In this document: positions 24,752 through 42,976 of the stretch, in pieces
How positions within the stretch are numbered: the stretch's first letter is position 1
How the letters are laid out: every line of letters begins with the position of its first letter
DNA from: the human T2T-CHM13v2.0 reference genome, Homo sapiens
Assembly: GCF_009914755.1 (NCBI RefSeq)
Contig: NC_060930.1
Reading direction: 5' to 3' (one strand)
DNA length: 64,000 nt
Made by a program: the position numbers and the translations under genes
The notes under the pieces: model-generated
Databases searched by the model: none
What the model was told of the DNA's origin: nothing
Seen by the model: the letters and a program-made list of their open reading frames with translations, nothing else

Positions 24752-26331
24752 GCATGTTTCTTCAATTGTGTCTTTGATTTTTATTCCATTGTTCCCATAC
24801 ATATGCAGAAATTGATCATAATCATGGGTATTTGTAGGTTATTACTGTTTGCATGGAATTTAACTGTTTCCATACTGGTTTATAGAATACTTAAAACTAT
24901 GTTATGGCTTTCTTTGTGAAAAGAAATATCAATAATGGTTGCTTGTAGTTTAACATGGGTTTAAAGTATTCAAACTAAGGCTTACGCATGACTCAAAACC
25001 CATAATCTTAAAAAGATTGATGGGTTTGACCACCTAAAAGTTTAAAACCTGTGTATAAGAAAAGGCATCATAAATAAAGTTAAGAGAAATAGCCAGCTGG
25101 AAAAACTGTTTATTATATATGGGCAGAGGATTCATCTCATTACATAGAGCACTCATATATTTGGAAGAACAGAGGATAAAAAGATATGAGTGGACTGTTA
25201 ATGGCAAAATAATACAAATGGCCATTAAATATTTGAAGAGATAATTAGCCTCATTAATAATTTAATCAGATTGGTGAATAATGTGCATCGCTGTCCAAGC
25301 TGTGAGAACACTCATGCAGTGTACATGAAAATGTAAATTGGTACAGCTTTCTGGAGGGCAGACTGGTGATATGGATCAAAATGAAAAACATGCATTCCCT
25401 TGATACAGCAATTCTACTTCCAGGAAATTAATTTTAAGGAAATAGTGGGGAAAGTAAATATGCAACTATAAAGATGTTTAGTATAGCATTGTTTATCTGG
25501 AAAAACATCATACAACTTAAATATTCATTACCTGTTATTAAGTAATGATGCATCCATACAGTGAAAACACTACAGCCATTTAAAAGGATGAAGTAAATCT
25601 TTATACATTAAAAGAGAAAAAAAGTTGCTGTAACTAGTTAAGTGTGTCTCACTGCACTTGTAAGGTTAATAATAATTATTTGGAACAGCTCATCTAGTAG
25701 ACATTGAATGCTGCTAAAGATTCTGCAGGTCAGAGATCTATGTGTAACAGGTTAAAAGCGTAGCAACAAAGCAGTGTACAGAATATAGAGAAAAATTAAT
25801 TTAAAACATTCTAGATACGTCTTTTTAAAAAAAAAAAAAAGGAAGCCAGGAATAACATATGCATCCCTGTTAGCAATGGCTGCCTTTGGGCAGAACGTGT
25901 AACCCAGTTTGGGTTCCCCAGGAAGCAGACTAGGTGAAGATTGCTGTGCAGGAAGTTTATTAAGGAGTATTCTTGGGATCAACACCTATGGAAGGGAGAG
26001 AGGGAAACAAATGGGCAGGGAGAAGACCAGCTGCAATGCAGTCTTAATGGACTGCTTAGCCATCCTCGAGGGAGTTCTGAAGATGAAATACCCTTTCAGA
26101 GATGACCTGAGTTGCAAAGAGCCAAGACTTTATTAGCCGTTGATCAGTCATTGGGTGGGGATTGAGAGGACAGTGTGATTTTGCTGAGGCAATACCCAAA
26201 AGGGCTGACAACTCAAGTGTTTTCAGATAGAACTCTCAGCAGTTTGGGTAACAAGTTCTTTATTTCTGAAAGGGAATCTGGGCAACACACCAGAGTCTAC
26301 CTTATAGGGTTCACTTTTTATGTGCTTTTAA

Positions 26332-26630
26332 TTTTTTTTTTTTTTGAGATGGAGTCTCGCTCCATTGCCCAGGCTGGAGTGCAGTAGCACGATCTCTGCT
26401 GACTGCCAACCTCTGCCACCCGAGTTCAAGCAATTCTCATGGCTCAGCCTCCCAAGTAGCTGGGATTACAGGTGCCCGCCACCACACCTGGCTAATTTGT
26501 TTGTATTTTTAGTAGAGACAGGGTTTCACCATGTTGGCCGGGCTGTTCTCGAACTCCTGACCTCAGGTGATCCGTCTGCCTCGGCCTCCCAAAGTGCTGG
26601 GATTATAGGCATGAGCCTCTGTGCCTGGCC
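26332..26630 (-). mobile_element. Alu (AluS-like)
   Basis: Antisense dimer. Confidence 0.9.
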
Positions 26631-27088
26631 TTTACATTTTTGAAATAACAAATATTTGAAAAAACATTTTCTTTTTGAAATACAGAATGTTAATAGATTT
26701 TGGGCTTACCTACAGAATTTTTGGCAGCATTCTTAATGTCTACTAGATGATATAGTCATTAAAAAATTATTGGAAGCTTATAACTTCAGTCTGTAAGTGA
26801 TGGCTTATATTTTCAATTCTAATTAAAATTTGGTTTTCCAATATAATTTGACTTTTGGTGTACTGACATGTATTTTATGCTAATTTTCTTGATTCTTTAA
26901 GTTTTGAGCAGAAAATTATTTTAAAAGATGTATTTAATGGATATTTAATAATTCAGAAGACAGTGATTTCTGGACTTAGAGTAATAAGTATATACGTGGA
27001 AGTAGATAGATGTTGGACATATTGATACATTGTTCCAGAGTTGAGCTACCCTTCCTTGATGAGTCCTAAAATGCTGTTCTCCCCATAG

Positions 27089-27247
27089 GCACAACTCCAG
27101 ATGTTCCGAGCTCAGTGGATGTTTGAACTTGCTCCAGGTGTAAGCTCTAGCAATTTAGAAAATCGACCTTGCAGAGCAGCAAGAGGCTCTCTCCAGAAAA
27201 CATCGGCAGATACCAAAGGAAAACAAGAACAGGCAAAAGAAGAAAAG
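27089..27247 (+). CDS. FBXO9: FBXO9 exon 3 ([14 protein letters not shown]...AKEEK)
   Basis: ccccatag acceptor; 159 nt needed to keep frame, so donor is AAG|TTAAGT. Confidence 0.9.
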
Positions 27248-27939
27248 TTAAGTATTATAGATATTGTAACAAATTACATTTTTTTTTTTTGGCACATGGA
27301 AATTTTCACTGACACAGTAAGTAGGCATTATAACCAGACTTTCGGGACATAAACACATATCTTGTAAAATAAAAATTTTGACTAGTATACTAGTTTATAT
27401 ATTTCTCACAATTTCTTCTAGGTACTTTGGATGGTACCACTACTCCTGCATGGCTTTTTTCTCTGTGGGTACACTGTCTTCATTGAGCTGTCTTTTGTTA
27501 ATTTATAGACCTCTGGGATTCATGTGGTTCCTAAAAGATTGGTGTCTCTGAATTTATTAACAGAACCAAAAAGAAAAAACAGAATTTTCTAAATTTATTA
27601 ATAGAACCAAAAAGATTGCTCACATGTTAATGTCTTTCCAGAGGTCTTAATTTCATGCAGTATTTTGTTATATTTTGAATTGATCAGCTTACAATAATGC
27701 ATTAATCATTTCCTTATTCTGGAAAATTTTGAAATATTTTCACACTGAAAATATTTTGAATGCTGTCTAACATTCATATCTCTTCTGGTACTTACTCACA
27801 CAGAGTAGGCACAGCATACCATTTCATTTCTTATTCTTCCATAGAGGCTGCCATCTTTTTACCATCAGATCCAAGTTTGTGTTTATAATTAGTCATCAAA
27901 TAATTGGCATTACCATGATGACTTACCTTCTATCTCCTC

Positions 27940-30030
<2,091 letters not shown>

Positions 30031-30090
30031 TGCCATCCATACTAATTTTTAATGCAGGTTTTCAAAAATTTTTACTTTATATTTTTATAG

Positions 30091-30148
30091 GCTCGAGAAC
30101 TCTTCCTAAAAGCAGTAGAAGAAGAACAAAATGGAGCTCTCTATGAAG
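30091..30148 (+). CDS. FBXO9: FBXO9 exon 4 (ARELFLKAVEEEQNGALYE), TPR-like segment
   Basis: tttttatag acceptor, AAG|GTAAAA donor; 58 nt. Confidence 0.95.
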
Positions 30149-30264
30149 GTAAAAATTCAGAGCCCAGGTTCATATCATAACATTTCTGAATAATGACTCT
30201 GTTATTAACCATATTTTTTTTTCTATAACTTATTTGGTATAGAACATCACTTTTCTTAATACAT

Positions 30265-30487
30265 TCTTCCTTCAGTACTCATTGGAAATTGGTTCCAGGA
30301 CCCTTTGTAGATACCAAAATGCTCAAGTCCTTTATATGAATGGTGTAATATTTACATATAACTTACTTATTATGTAAATAGTTATTATACTGTATTTTTT
30401 TTTTAATTTGTATTTATTTTAAATATTTTTGATCTGTAGTTGGTTGAATCAGAGAATGTGAAACCCATGAATACAGAGGGCCAGCTA
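30265..30487. mobile_element. MER2-like fragment
   Basis: ggttccaggacccc...gataccaaaat...gctcaagtcc...acagagggcca. Confidence 0.65.
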
Positions 30488-30795
30488 TATTTGAAATTGT
30501 TTTTTAAAAAATAAAAAATAGAAATTGTTTTTCTATATAACCTGTCTTTTTGCAAAAAAATATTGCTGGGAAACATCATCATGTTGGTAGGATGAGCAAA
30601 ATAACTTTTTTTTACATTTAGCTTTAGTTATTCTTCATTAATAAAGTATTTAAAAATTATTCATTTTAAAATATGCTCTTTTTATAGGTGAAAATTGCTT
30701 CAGAGGATGGGAATATAAAGGATAAATTGAGGAAAAAATACATGTTTTTCTTTCTAAGTTCCAATTTACATATTACCAACAGAAATATGTGGTAA

Positions 30796-31438
<643 letters not shown>

Positions 31439-31749
31439 TCATCCAGAATAATAGAACATGGCAGAATATATTGAATCATAAACTCCTTTGTAGGGAAAAA
31501 GAACTAGTCAGCCTCTACAGCTCCAAGTTCTACTGGTGTATCTCTGTGGGGAGAGTTATTGAATATTACAGCTCTAAACTACCTGTCTAGGAAATTTGTA
31601 AAAAATAAGTTTTGAAGATTACTTAGGTAAATAAGAGGCAGCTGGGCTAAAAGAAGTTAAATTTAAAGGATAATTTAAAAACAAAAACAAAAACTATTCT
31701 TTATTCCACCCAGTAGGAAGCATTTAATTTTCCTCAACTCTGTGTCTTA

Positions 31750-32067
<318 letters not shown>

Positions 32068-32401
32068 GAGAGAAGTATTTTTGTTGGCTATAGCAATTGC
32101 ATCTTCAGAGCCCAAAGAAAGACAACTATTTAAAAATCATGATACGTAAGAGGGTGAGGAAAAATATGGGAAGGGCTAATATATAAGAGTAAAATACAAC
32201 ATCTTAAGTTTAGGGAAAAGTTTCTTTCTGAGCATTAAGGTTTGGAAATAGTTTTGTGTCACTGAACTGCTGTTGCATGTAGAAAAACAGAATTTGGCCG
32301 TTTGTAAAGAAAGTTACCAAATTAAACCACAGTTAAGGGTAATCAAAGGAAATGACAAAAATGTGTGGTCACAGCTAATTTAGCTTTATTTCTTCTTTTA
32401 G

Positions 32402-32501
32402 CCATCAAGTTTTATCGTAGGGCTATGCAACTTGTACCTGATATAGAGTTCAAGATTACTTATACCCGGTCTCCAGATGGTGATGGCGTTGGAAACAGCT
32501 A
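32402..32501 (+). CDS. FBXO9: FBXO9 exon 5 ([21 protein letters not shown]...GNSY)
   Basis: cttttag acceptor, CTA|GTGCGT donor; 100 nt. Confidence 0.95.
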
Positions 32502-32686
32502 GTGCGTATATAATTTGATAGATAGTAATGCATAGAGTTTGTTAAAGTTAAGCATCTTTGCCCTGTTGACTCTTAAGATGGTGCTAATTCTGTTGAGCTC
32601 TATACTCTTTAGTATATCTTTGTTTATAAAGTTGTAGAAATTTTTTATTAGGGAAATTGCAAGATAACACATAGAAATGCACCTTT

Positions 32687-32734
32687 TAAACAGATACAAA
32701 AATAAACAGATACAAAAATAAACAGATACAAAAA
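32687..32734 (+). repeat. Perfect 16-bp tandem repeat x3 (TAAACAGATACAAAAA)
   Basis: Three exact copies. Confidence 0.9.
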
Positions 32735-34569
32735 AACGGTTTAAAAAAATAAAAGCAGTAGTTACTGAAAGGAGTAAATTAAAGGACACATTTCAACTTT
32801 CTGAAACCTATTTGAAGTAGAAAGTTTTAAAATGTAATTAGGCTAAATTTGGCAAAATATTAATAATGGTTAAAATTGAGTGATGGGTACATGGGAGTTT
32901 ATTACACTAGTTTCCTTACGTATATGTTTGAAATTTTACATTTTAAAAAAGGCTTCTAATTAGGAAAATGCTGAACTATAAAAGATGTTATTATTCTCTT
33001 AATGTTTTTAGTAAAACATTAAAACTCTAACATTTATTTAAAAGCACAGGTGCAGAATATATTCCTAAAAGAAATCATGTTTGAATTGTATAGTTGCCAC
33101 TGCATCAAAGCCATGAAGTAGCATTGGTTTTATATGGATAAAGATCAAGAAAACTTATTTTTAAGGCAATACTTTTGCAAGACAATTATAAAATTGTTTT
33201 GGCTTAATTGCACTATCTCCCAAAACTCAATTTGCTGATATTAGAAGAGAAGGGAGTCTGTACCCATGAGAGAATGTCAGGTTAAAAATAGACAGTACAG
33301 AGAAAAAAGTTTTGGTAATGAAATATTATATTAGCTATTATATTAATATATTCCCTCTGTCATGAAATAATTGTCACCTTTATTGATAACATATGCTTAT
33401 TGCCAATGTTTTTTAACTGCATATGGTATTAACACTTAAGCTTTGGATAAGTCATATTAAAAACATTCCCAACAAGGTCAATATTAATAGCCTGTTTAAA
33501 TTTTCAGCTAATAATATTGTTCACCAAATTAGAGTTAACAGTATGAGGTAGTTCATACTTAAAATGAATCACTTGGGTTTTTTCTAAACCTTCTTTAAAT
33601 TTGGGTAGAGTCGTTTAGACTCAGCTCTTAGCCAGTTTTATAAATATGTGCCAGATGCTGTTAAGAAAGATTGTATTAAAATATTAAAGAGGCATTTCTT
33701 TTCTTTCCCATTTTTTATACAAACCCAGACGCTATGAAAGTTCTTTAAGGATTCATCTTTTTTTTTTAAATAAGATCTGATAAGCCCTAAAAGTTTGCCT
33801 TTTTTTTTCTTTCCTGTAACATGTTTGTAGAATAGCCATTGAGTCCATCTAGCCTCAACCACACTTATATTTTGTTGTATTACAAAATGCCCTTCCTGGT
33901 TTTTTTTTTTGTTTTTTTGTTTTTTTTAAGTCTACATCACTTGAAACTTCCTGGTTTTCTAACTTCGCCTTCATCCAATCCTCTTTGTAAGTCTGATCAT
34001 CTTTAAGGTTTACTTCAGTAAAAATAGAAAGCTCATTTTTCTAGCACCATTCACTACACATTTGTGTATACTGGTAGATGATTTGTGAACCCTAAGATGT
34101 TTTCAAAGTAGGTATTTTCCTCTCTAAAGGTAGGCTGATAAGGCAAATCTGTTAGAAAACCCTTGGTAAGTAAGTACCTCAGATGACGTCTGTAGATTTG
34201 GTTTTTATCCAGTTAGAATAAATTAAGGTTAAAGAACATACTACGTTAAGATTTTTGAAACCATTTGAAAGCTTGCAGTAACTCATAAAATCTCTACTTT
34301 ACAATAAAATTAGTTAAATCTCAACACCTGTATCCAAAAATTCTAATTCTTTCTGGATGATAATTACTGAAGCTTTTTTCTTTGAAAAACTTGATACAGT
34401 ATTCCTTTGCAAGACAGGATAAATTCATCACATTTAAAAATGTATCACATGTTGAATAAGCTTTAGGTGACTTTTTGTAAAGCAAATTTGAAAATGCTAT
34501 GAAAAATCAGTTTCTAAACTGTACGCTTGTAGACTGAGGCACTTAATTTATTCACCTCCCTTTTTTCAG

Positions 34570-34700
34570 CATTGAAGATAATGATGATGACAGCAAAATG
34601 GCAGATCTCTTGTCCTACTTCCAGCAGCAACTCACATTTCAGGAGTCTGTGCTTAAACTGTGTCAGCCTGAGCTTGAGAGCAGTCAGATTCACATATCAG
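34570..34700 (+). CDS. FBXO9: FBXO9 exon 6 ([14 protein letters not shown]...QIHIS)
   Basis: ttttcag acceptor, CAG|GTGTGA donor; 131 nt. Confidence 0.95.
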
Positions 34701-34706
34701 GTGTGA

Positions 34707-35177
<471 letters not shown>

Positions 35178-35389
35178 TAGTAAGCTGCTTTACAATCTGA
35201 AGCAGAACAGTTTGTAGTGCTGTTGTTTAAGGATGCCATACCTTTTTCAGTAAAGATCTAACAGGGTAAGTCTGAGTTGTTGAGGTAGCCCTAAGAAAAC
35301 TGGAGGAATACTGGTATCATGAAGCATTTCAGCCATGTTGGACAATTGTCCTGAGACAGACTGAATGTTTAGGAATTAATGGATTTTTG

Positions 35390-35681
35390 TTCGGGCATGG
35401 TGGCTCACGCCTGCAATCTCAGCATTTTGGGAGGCTGAGTTGGGAGGATCACTTGAGGCCAGGAGTTCAAGATAAGCCTGGCCAACATGGTGAAACCCCA
35501 CCTCTACTAAAAATACAAAAATTAGCTGGGCGTCGTGGCGCATGACTGTAGTCCCACCTACTTGGGAGGCTGAGGCACGAGAATTACTTGAACCCAGGAG
35601 GCAGAGGCTGCAGTGAGCTGAGATTGTATCACTGCACTCCAGCCTGGGCAACAGAGCAAGAACCTGTCACAAAAAAAAAAG
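35390..35681 (+). mobile_element. Alu (AluS-like)
   Basis: Sense dimer with A-tail. Confidence 0.9.
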
Positions 35682-36105
35682 AAATTCATGTATTTTTAAT
35701 ATGTTAAATATTGTTTGGTTCGGGGCTTTTTCAGAGGAGGACAATTAAAAGTTTTCAAGGAGATGAAAATAACTTTAGTGTTAATAGATGCAATATGGAT
35801 CACACACACATAGATTATTTTCCTAAAACATTTATTTTAATATGTCTGGCAAAATAATCTTATGAGGGAAAAGAGTGCTTTATAAAAAGTAGCTTCAGAT
35901 CTATACTGAAAAAACAAAGATATTTATGTCTTGATGTTAAGAACCATTATTATTATTGAGTAGCTAAATACATTCATGCTTTAGCTCTGAGCAATACAGA
36001 GGGTGTGATTATAAATTTCTAGGAAGGTATAAATGTACTGGGAATGTAGTTGTGACAATAGAATGACATAGAGGAGAGTCACTGAAGGATGATTTTCTTT
36101 TGCAG

Positions 36106-36220
36106 TGCTGCCAATGGAGGTCCTGATGTACATCTTCCGATGGGTGGTGTCTAGTGACTTGGACCTCAGATCATTGGAGCAGTTGTCGCTGGTGTGCAGA
36201 GGATTCTACATCTGTGCCAG
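36106..36220 (+). CDS. FBXO9: FBXO9 exon 7, F-box core ([39 protein letters not shown])
   Basis: F-box pattern LPxEvlxxIf...L...VCR; tgcag acceptor, CAG|GTACTA donor; 115 nt. Confidence 0.97.
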
Positions 36221-36639
36221 GTACTAAGTTTTTGTTTTTGTTTTTTAAACAACTGAGGCAATGGTGAAAAGAAAGATGGTCCTTTGCCAATCCTGATAAA
36301 ATTACTTGATTGGTGTTCTGAGTTAAAGCTTAGAATAAACAAGTTTTGCTAAGCTGTACTTAACTTTCTCAAATAACTTAGAATTTAAAGGCTAGAATAT
36401 GCTAGGTTTCTAGGGTATAGAATAATATGTAGGACAGATGTAGTAACCCATACTACTACCATAGAGTTTACATGCTAGCTTAACTGATTTGGGAAAAAGA
36501 GTTATATTAGAAAAATATATTCAAGTCATTTTTACACTAACTGTAAACTCATTGTGGTAATGGTTTAGATTAAAACAGCACTAGCATTTTCTTATGGCTC
36601 ATTAAAAGTTATTCTATATTTTGAAAATTTTGCTATGTG

Positions 36640-36785
36640 TGGGAAAGGACTCTATTCAATAAATGGTGCTGAGATAAGCGGCTAGCCATGTGCAGAAGAT
36701 GGAAACTGGATCCTTTCCTTACACGACACACAAAAATCAAATCAAGATGGATTAAAGACTTAAATGTAAAACCTAAAACTATATA
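36640..36785 (+). mobile_element. L1 ORF2 fragment
   Basis: ctattcaataaatggtgctg...gaaactggatcc...tcaagatggattaaagacttaaatgtaa. Confidence 0.8.
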
Positions 36786-39396
36786 CTTAGTCCTTATATA
36801 GAATTTTTAAAAACAACTTGTTCTTAAAATTCAGATGCATTATTTTTAAATTAATTCCATTTGGAATCTTGTAGTTTTCATAAAATATTTGAATTTCTTG
36901 AAGACTCTTTTTCACAATTCTGTGTGCTAGTATATTTAACAAGTACCTGTTAAACACCTAGTGGATTGCCACTAGAGTCTCTAGCACTGTTATGTCAACC
37001 TAAATAATAAGCAGATAGACTCTCTAAAAGACATTTATTTGAGAATAATACATTGCAATGGGAATACACATGCCATAGTAAACTATTCAGGGAAACAAAA
37101 GTTTTTAAAGGAAAAAATGAGGATTACATAATTGTTTTGAAATACTTAATCCTTGACTACAAAGATCAGTAACAAGGGGGACGCCAGTCTGAGATTGGAC
37201 AGACAGTTTCTTGGGCAGATGTCCTTGCAGCAAAAATATTTTTTGTATAAGGCTGTGATGGCCTTTGTGCAGAGCTGTGTTTTTTATAGTCTTTTTTGTT
37301 AACCAGTCATAGAAGCCTGAGAACCTTCTCTTCATGGCCTTCCTCAGCTCTCTTTGTCAGGGTTTTCTTAACATTAGTGGCTCCATTTTTATTTTAACAA
37401 CTTTCACATTTTCCCCTTTTGATCAGTATCTTTCTCTGATCAGTCATCCTGTAGTTAGGTTTTGACATCCCATAGTACCAGCATAGACCAGTCCTGGTTT
37501 CTAGTCTCATCCCATGTTGGGGAGAATGATTAGCAACTAGGAGTCCGTGTCAAAATGCTTTTAAGCCACATTTGGGCAAGAAGGGACGTCTGAAGGGAAT
37601 GACTCTCAGGCTGTGTCTACCTGGATTCCATTATTAAGTTTGATTTTTGTCTATTCCATAGTCTTTGTTACTCAAAATGCTGGGCCAGCGTTATTGTTAG
37701 GTGTGGTACTTCTGCAGAAATTTAACAAGTAACAAAGTTAATAGTAATATGACAATTCCAATTTGCATAATGGTTTTGAGCCATGAACCTAGGCTTAAGA
37801 ACAACTAATTGAGTAGACCAGTGACCACAGGGAATTAGGTGAGACCATGTAATCATGCTACCTGTTTTCTTATTTTGTGTACATGGGTCTCAACTTTATC
37901 AGAGGGATTTATCTAGGTACAGCATGTAGTACTAGCAATAGCACAGATATTTTCTTTTTTAACCAATGAATACTAAAGGATTTCTTGGGTTAGGTTCTGT
38001 TAAGTTACCAGCAGAAGCTATTGATTATGAAATTTCAATTACACCATTATCCTGTCAAGTGAAAAAAGTAGCATTAAGTGGGGGTAAAAGTCTTATGATA
38101 TGGTTCTGATGTCATGGGAAAAGCTGTCTACAGCTTTCACAAAAACATCAGATTCTCCTCCTGATTTATGTTTGAATGTCTCTGGTCATGATATTGTTGT
38201 GTGGCTCATATATCAGGCATGAGACTTGTTTCTTAAAATTTGAATAGTTTCAGCTTAAAGGGCTTTACGAACCGAAGCTTTTGTTTTTAGTTGGCGTGTT
38301 GTAGTCCAATCCTGGAGGAAACTAGGAGAATTCATCAAACAGTCCGGTGTACGTGTGGATAACAACAGGTGTATTGCAGTTTTTTTTTTAAGAAACGTTT
38401 TTTTCCTACATTGATCATATAGGAATTTCAGATTTAAAAATCTCTTGAGGCTAGGAAGTCAAAGAGAGGTAGACTTTAGGCTTCACTTAGGGTCTTAAGG
38501 TTCTTGGGCCTGCTAGGAAGTGACAGGTTTTACTCACGATAAGGCTGAGAACTCTTAAAGCCGGATGTTTTATGCACATTCTTAAATATGACATTTTCAG
38601 TCAAAGCCTTGGTAATATAACTAATGTTTCTAATTGTATCCTCATATAAAGGGATTAGATTTTTATTGAACTTATATAAATAAAAATAATATGAATAGTT
38701 TCTGAATTTTGGAGAAATCAAGTAGGGAGAAAAAGCAAATGGTTCCACCTTGGTTCACAAAAGTCTTCTAACGTCATAAAGACATTCTCTTCATCATTTA
38801 CATCAATTTTATGTAATTTTTTATTATGCTTGATCTTTATTAGCAGTTCAGTGAACCCATGAATTTATTAGAGTTCTGGAAATTTTTATTTAGTCCATTG
38901 ATCTTAAAGTTAGCAAAAATCTTTGTTCAAGAGTACTGCTAGAGTCTTTTCCATAAACAGCAGTTTTGGACTGTAGCTGATTGCAAATGTTTTTAGAGAA
39001 TTCAAAATAATAATTGTGATGACAAAAACTTAGAATAGCCATGTAAAATCTGATGAAAGTTCTCAGTTGATGAGGGAATTTAGTTATTTCTAGTACATGT
39101 AGCATTTTAAGATAACCAGAATCATGACTGACACTGTCACATCAGGACTATCAGACTTTTATATAAATTTCATCTAGTCTTTAGAATACTCACATTAATA
39201 ACATCTATACAAATATAACTTTAGAAAATATTTGACATAATAGAAATTTATAACTAATAGCATACTAGATTTTTATGAGTTTACATAGTTTTGGAACATT
39301 TATATCAATAATATACCCATAAATGTAACTGAAAGAGGATCTAATACTTATTATTTAACAGTGCCTCCCATACAGTTTACCAAGTGAGGTTAATCA

Positions 39397-39849
<453 letters not shown>

Positions 39850-40365
39850 TCAAAACATTTGATCAAAACAAAATTGCTGGCCACTGTGAAGTTACTTATT
39901 TAACCATACTGATAATCAAAAGATCTTAAAAGCAATGCAGAAAGTTACATGGATGTAAAAGCCTTAATCCTTTTAAAGCTCAGTTTTCCTAAGTAACCAA
40001 AAACCTAATAAAGCACAGGCGTTATATTGATAAAACAATAAATTTTTTTTTTAGGCCAGTTGCCAAAAAGATAAAGAAATACCTTTTATAGGGTATTTGC
40101 TTCTCCATGTGGGAAACCTGTTTAGATAACTTGTAAGTTAAACCTGATTAAAAGGGTACTTGAATTTACTTAGGGACAGGAAGTATCCAGGGTTATATGT
40201 CTACATTAGAGAGGAATATAAACAAGAAAACTAGTAACTTGAGCAGGAGAATACATGGCTCTTAAATAGCATAGGAAGTTTCCTGGTTACATGGAGTAAT
40301 TCAGATGTCACATAAAGCCAAGAGTACAGAATCAAGTTATATTGGAGGAAAACATTGCTCTTCTA

Positions 40366-40965
<600 letters not shown>

Positions 40966-42195
40966 GAGATAAACATTTCAGTGTCAGGCTATTAACAGCA
41001 GAGCTAGAACTGGAGGGAAAAAATTAAGAGGAGTTGACAAAAAGGTTGAAAGAGAGAGTTATCACCCTAGCCAAGCAAAAAGATACACTCTTTCAAGGGG
41101 AGAGAGAACAGAAGGCAATGTTGTGTGACCTGCAAATCATGTGCAGGAGTGGTACAGCAAAAGTTGAACTTCTGATATAAATCTGAGAAGCTTCAGAAAG
41201 AAAAATTTTACCTTGAGAAGTGAAATTACCATTCTGAGTGAAAAAGACAGCATTTCCAACCTGGAACTAGGGCAATTAATTAGATCCCAGGAAGAAATAG
41301 AAACTGTAGTTTTGCAGATGGCTGTTCAACAGATTTTAGAATTTAAAATCAAAACCTCTTATAGTTTTATTAATACTAAGAGCAAATTAATACTTTAAGA
41401 AAACTTCATTGTTCTAACAGAGGACCAAGTTTTTTAGTTTTGTATTAGTGTATTTCTTATAGCAAAGCTCAATCTTTAGAAAGACTTATAAACAATTCTC
41501 TTCAATTATAGCCAACTTGACCACACACAAAATCTTTTATGAACCTTATCACAACTTATATTGATGACATGCTTGGACTTTCTGCTCTGTTGTATACCTT
41601 CCTCTTTCTTAACCAGTCATTTTACTTTAGGACAAAAATCTACCATACAAGATTCTTTTTTATACAAAATTATTCTCTTTTTCATCTTTTTTTAACCAAA
41701 AATATATCCTTGTAACTTTCTTCACATCTCTGTCTCCTACTTACTGATTTGTTTCTTATGCCATATTTTGAAATAAACTTTAAATAACTTCCAAATTACA
41801 CAAAATTCTTCATTATTTAATCTTGGTTCACATGTCATAAGCAGTGAGTTTTATCTCAACATGAATGGAAAAGTCAGCAGATTCAAAGTGTGAAGAAAAA
41901 AAATAGAGAACTTAGACTATATATATTCTATAGTTGCAGGTTTTTGAATGATGATAATTTGAGCTGTAAATTTTTCTTGATGTAATTTTGCCCATCAGTT
42001 TAAAAATGTGCACAACAATAGGCTATAAGATGTAGTCAGCTGGAATCCCAGAAAACCTGGCATGTTTTAACATTTGAGAATCCCATTCTGTTTCTTACTA
42101 CTCTCTCCAGAGGAAAGAAAATTCTGCAAATCCTGTCAGAGAAAGTCAGGAGTTTAGACCTGTGTTTTAGGTGGTGGTGACTGACCTAGTGGTTT

Positions 42196-42976
<781 letters not shown>

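Noticed and set aside
27101-27352. 83-aa ORF as a separate gene
   Set aside because: Exon 3 plus read-through into intron 3; relevant only as the intron-retention product
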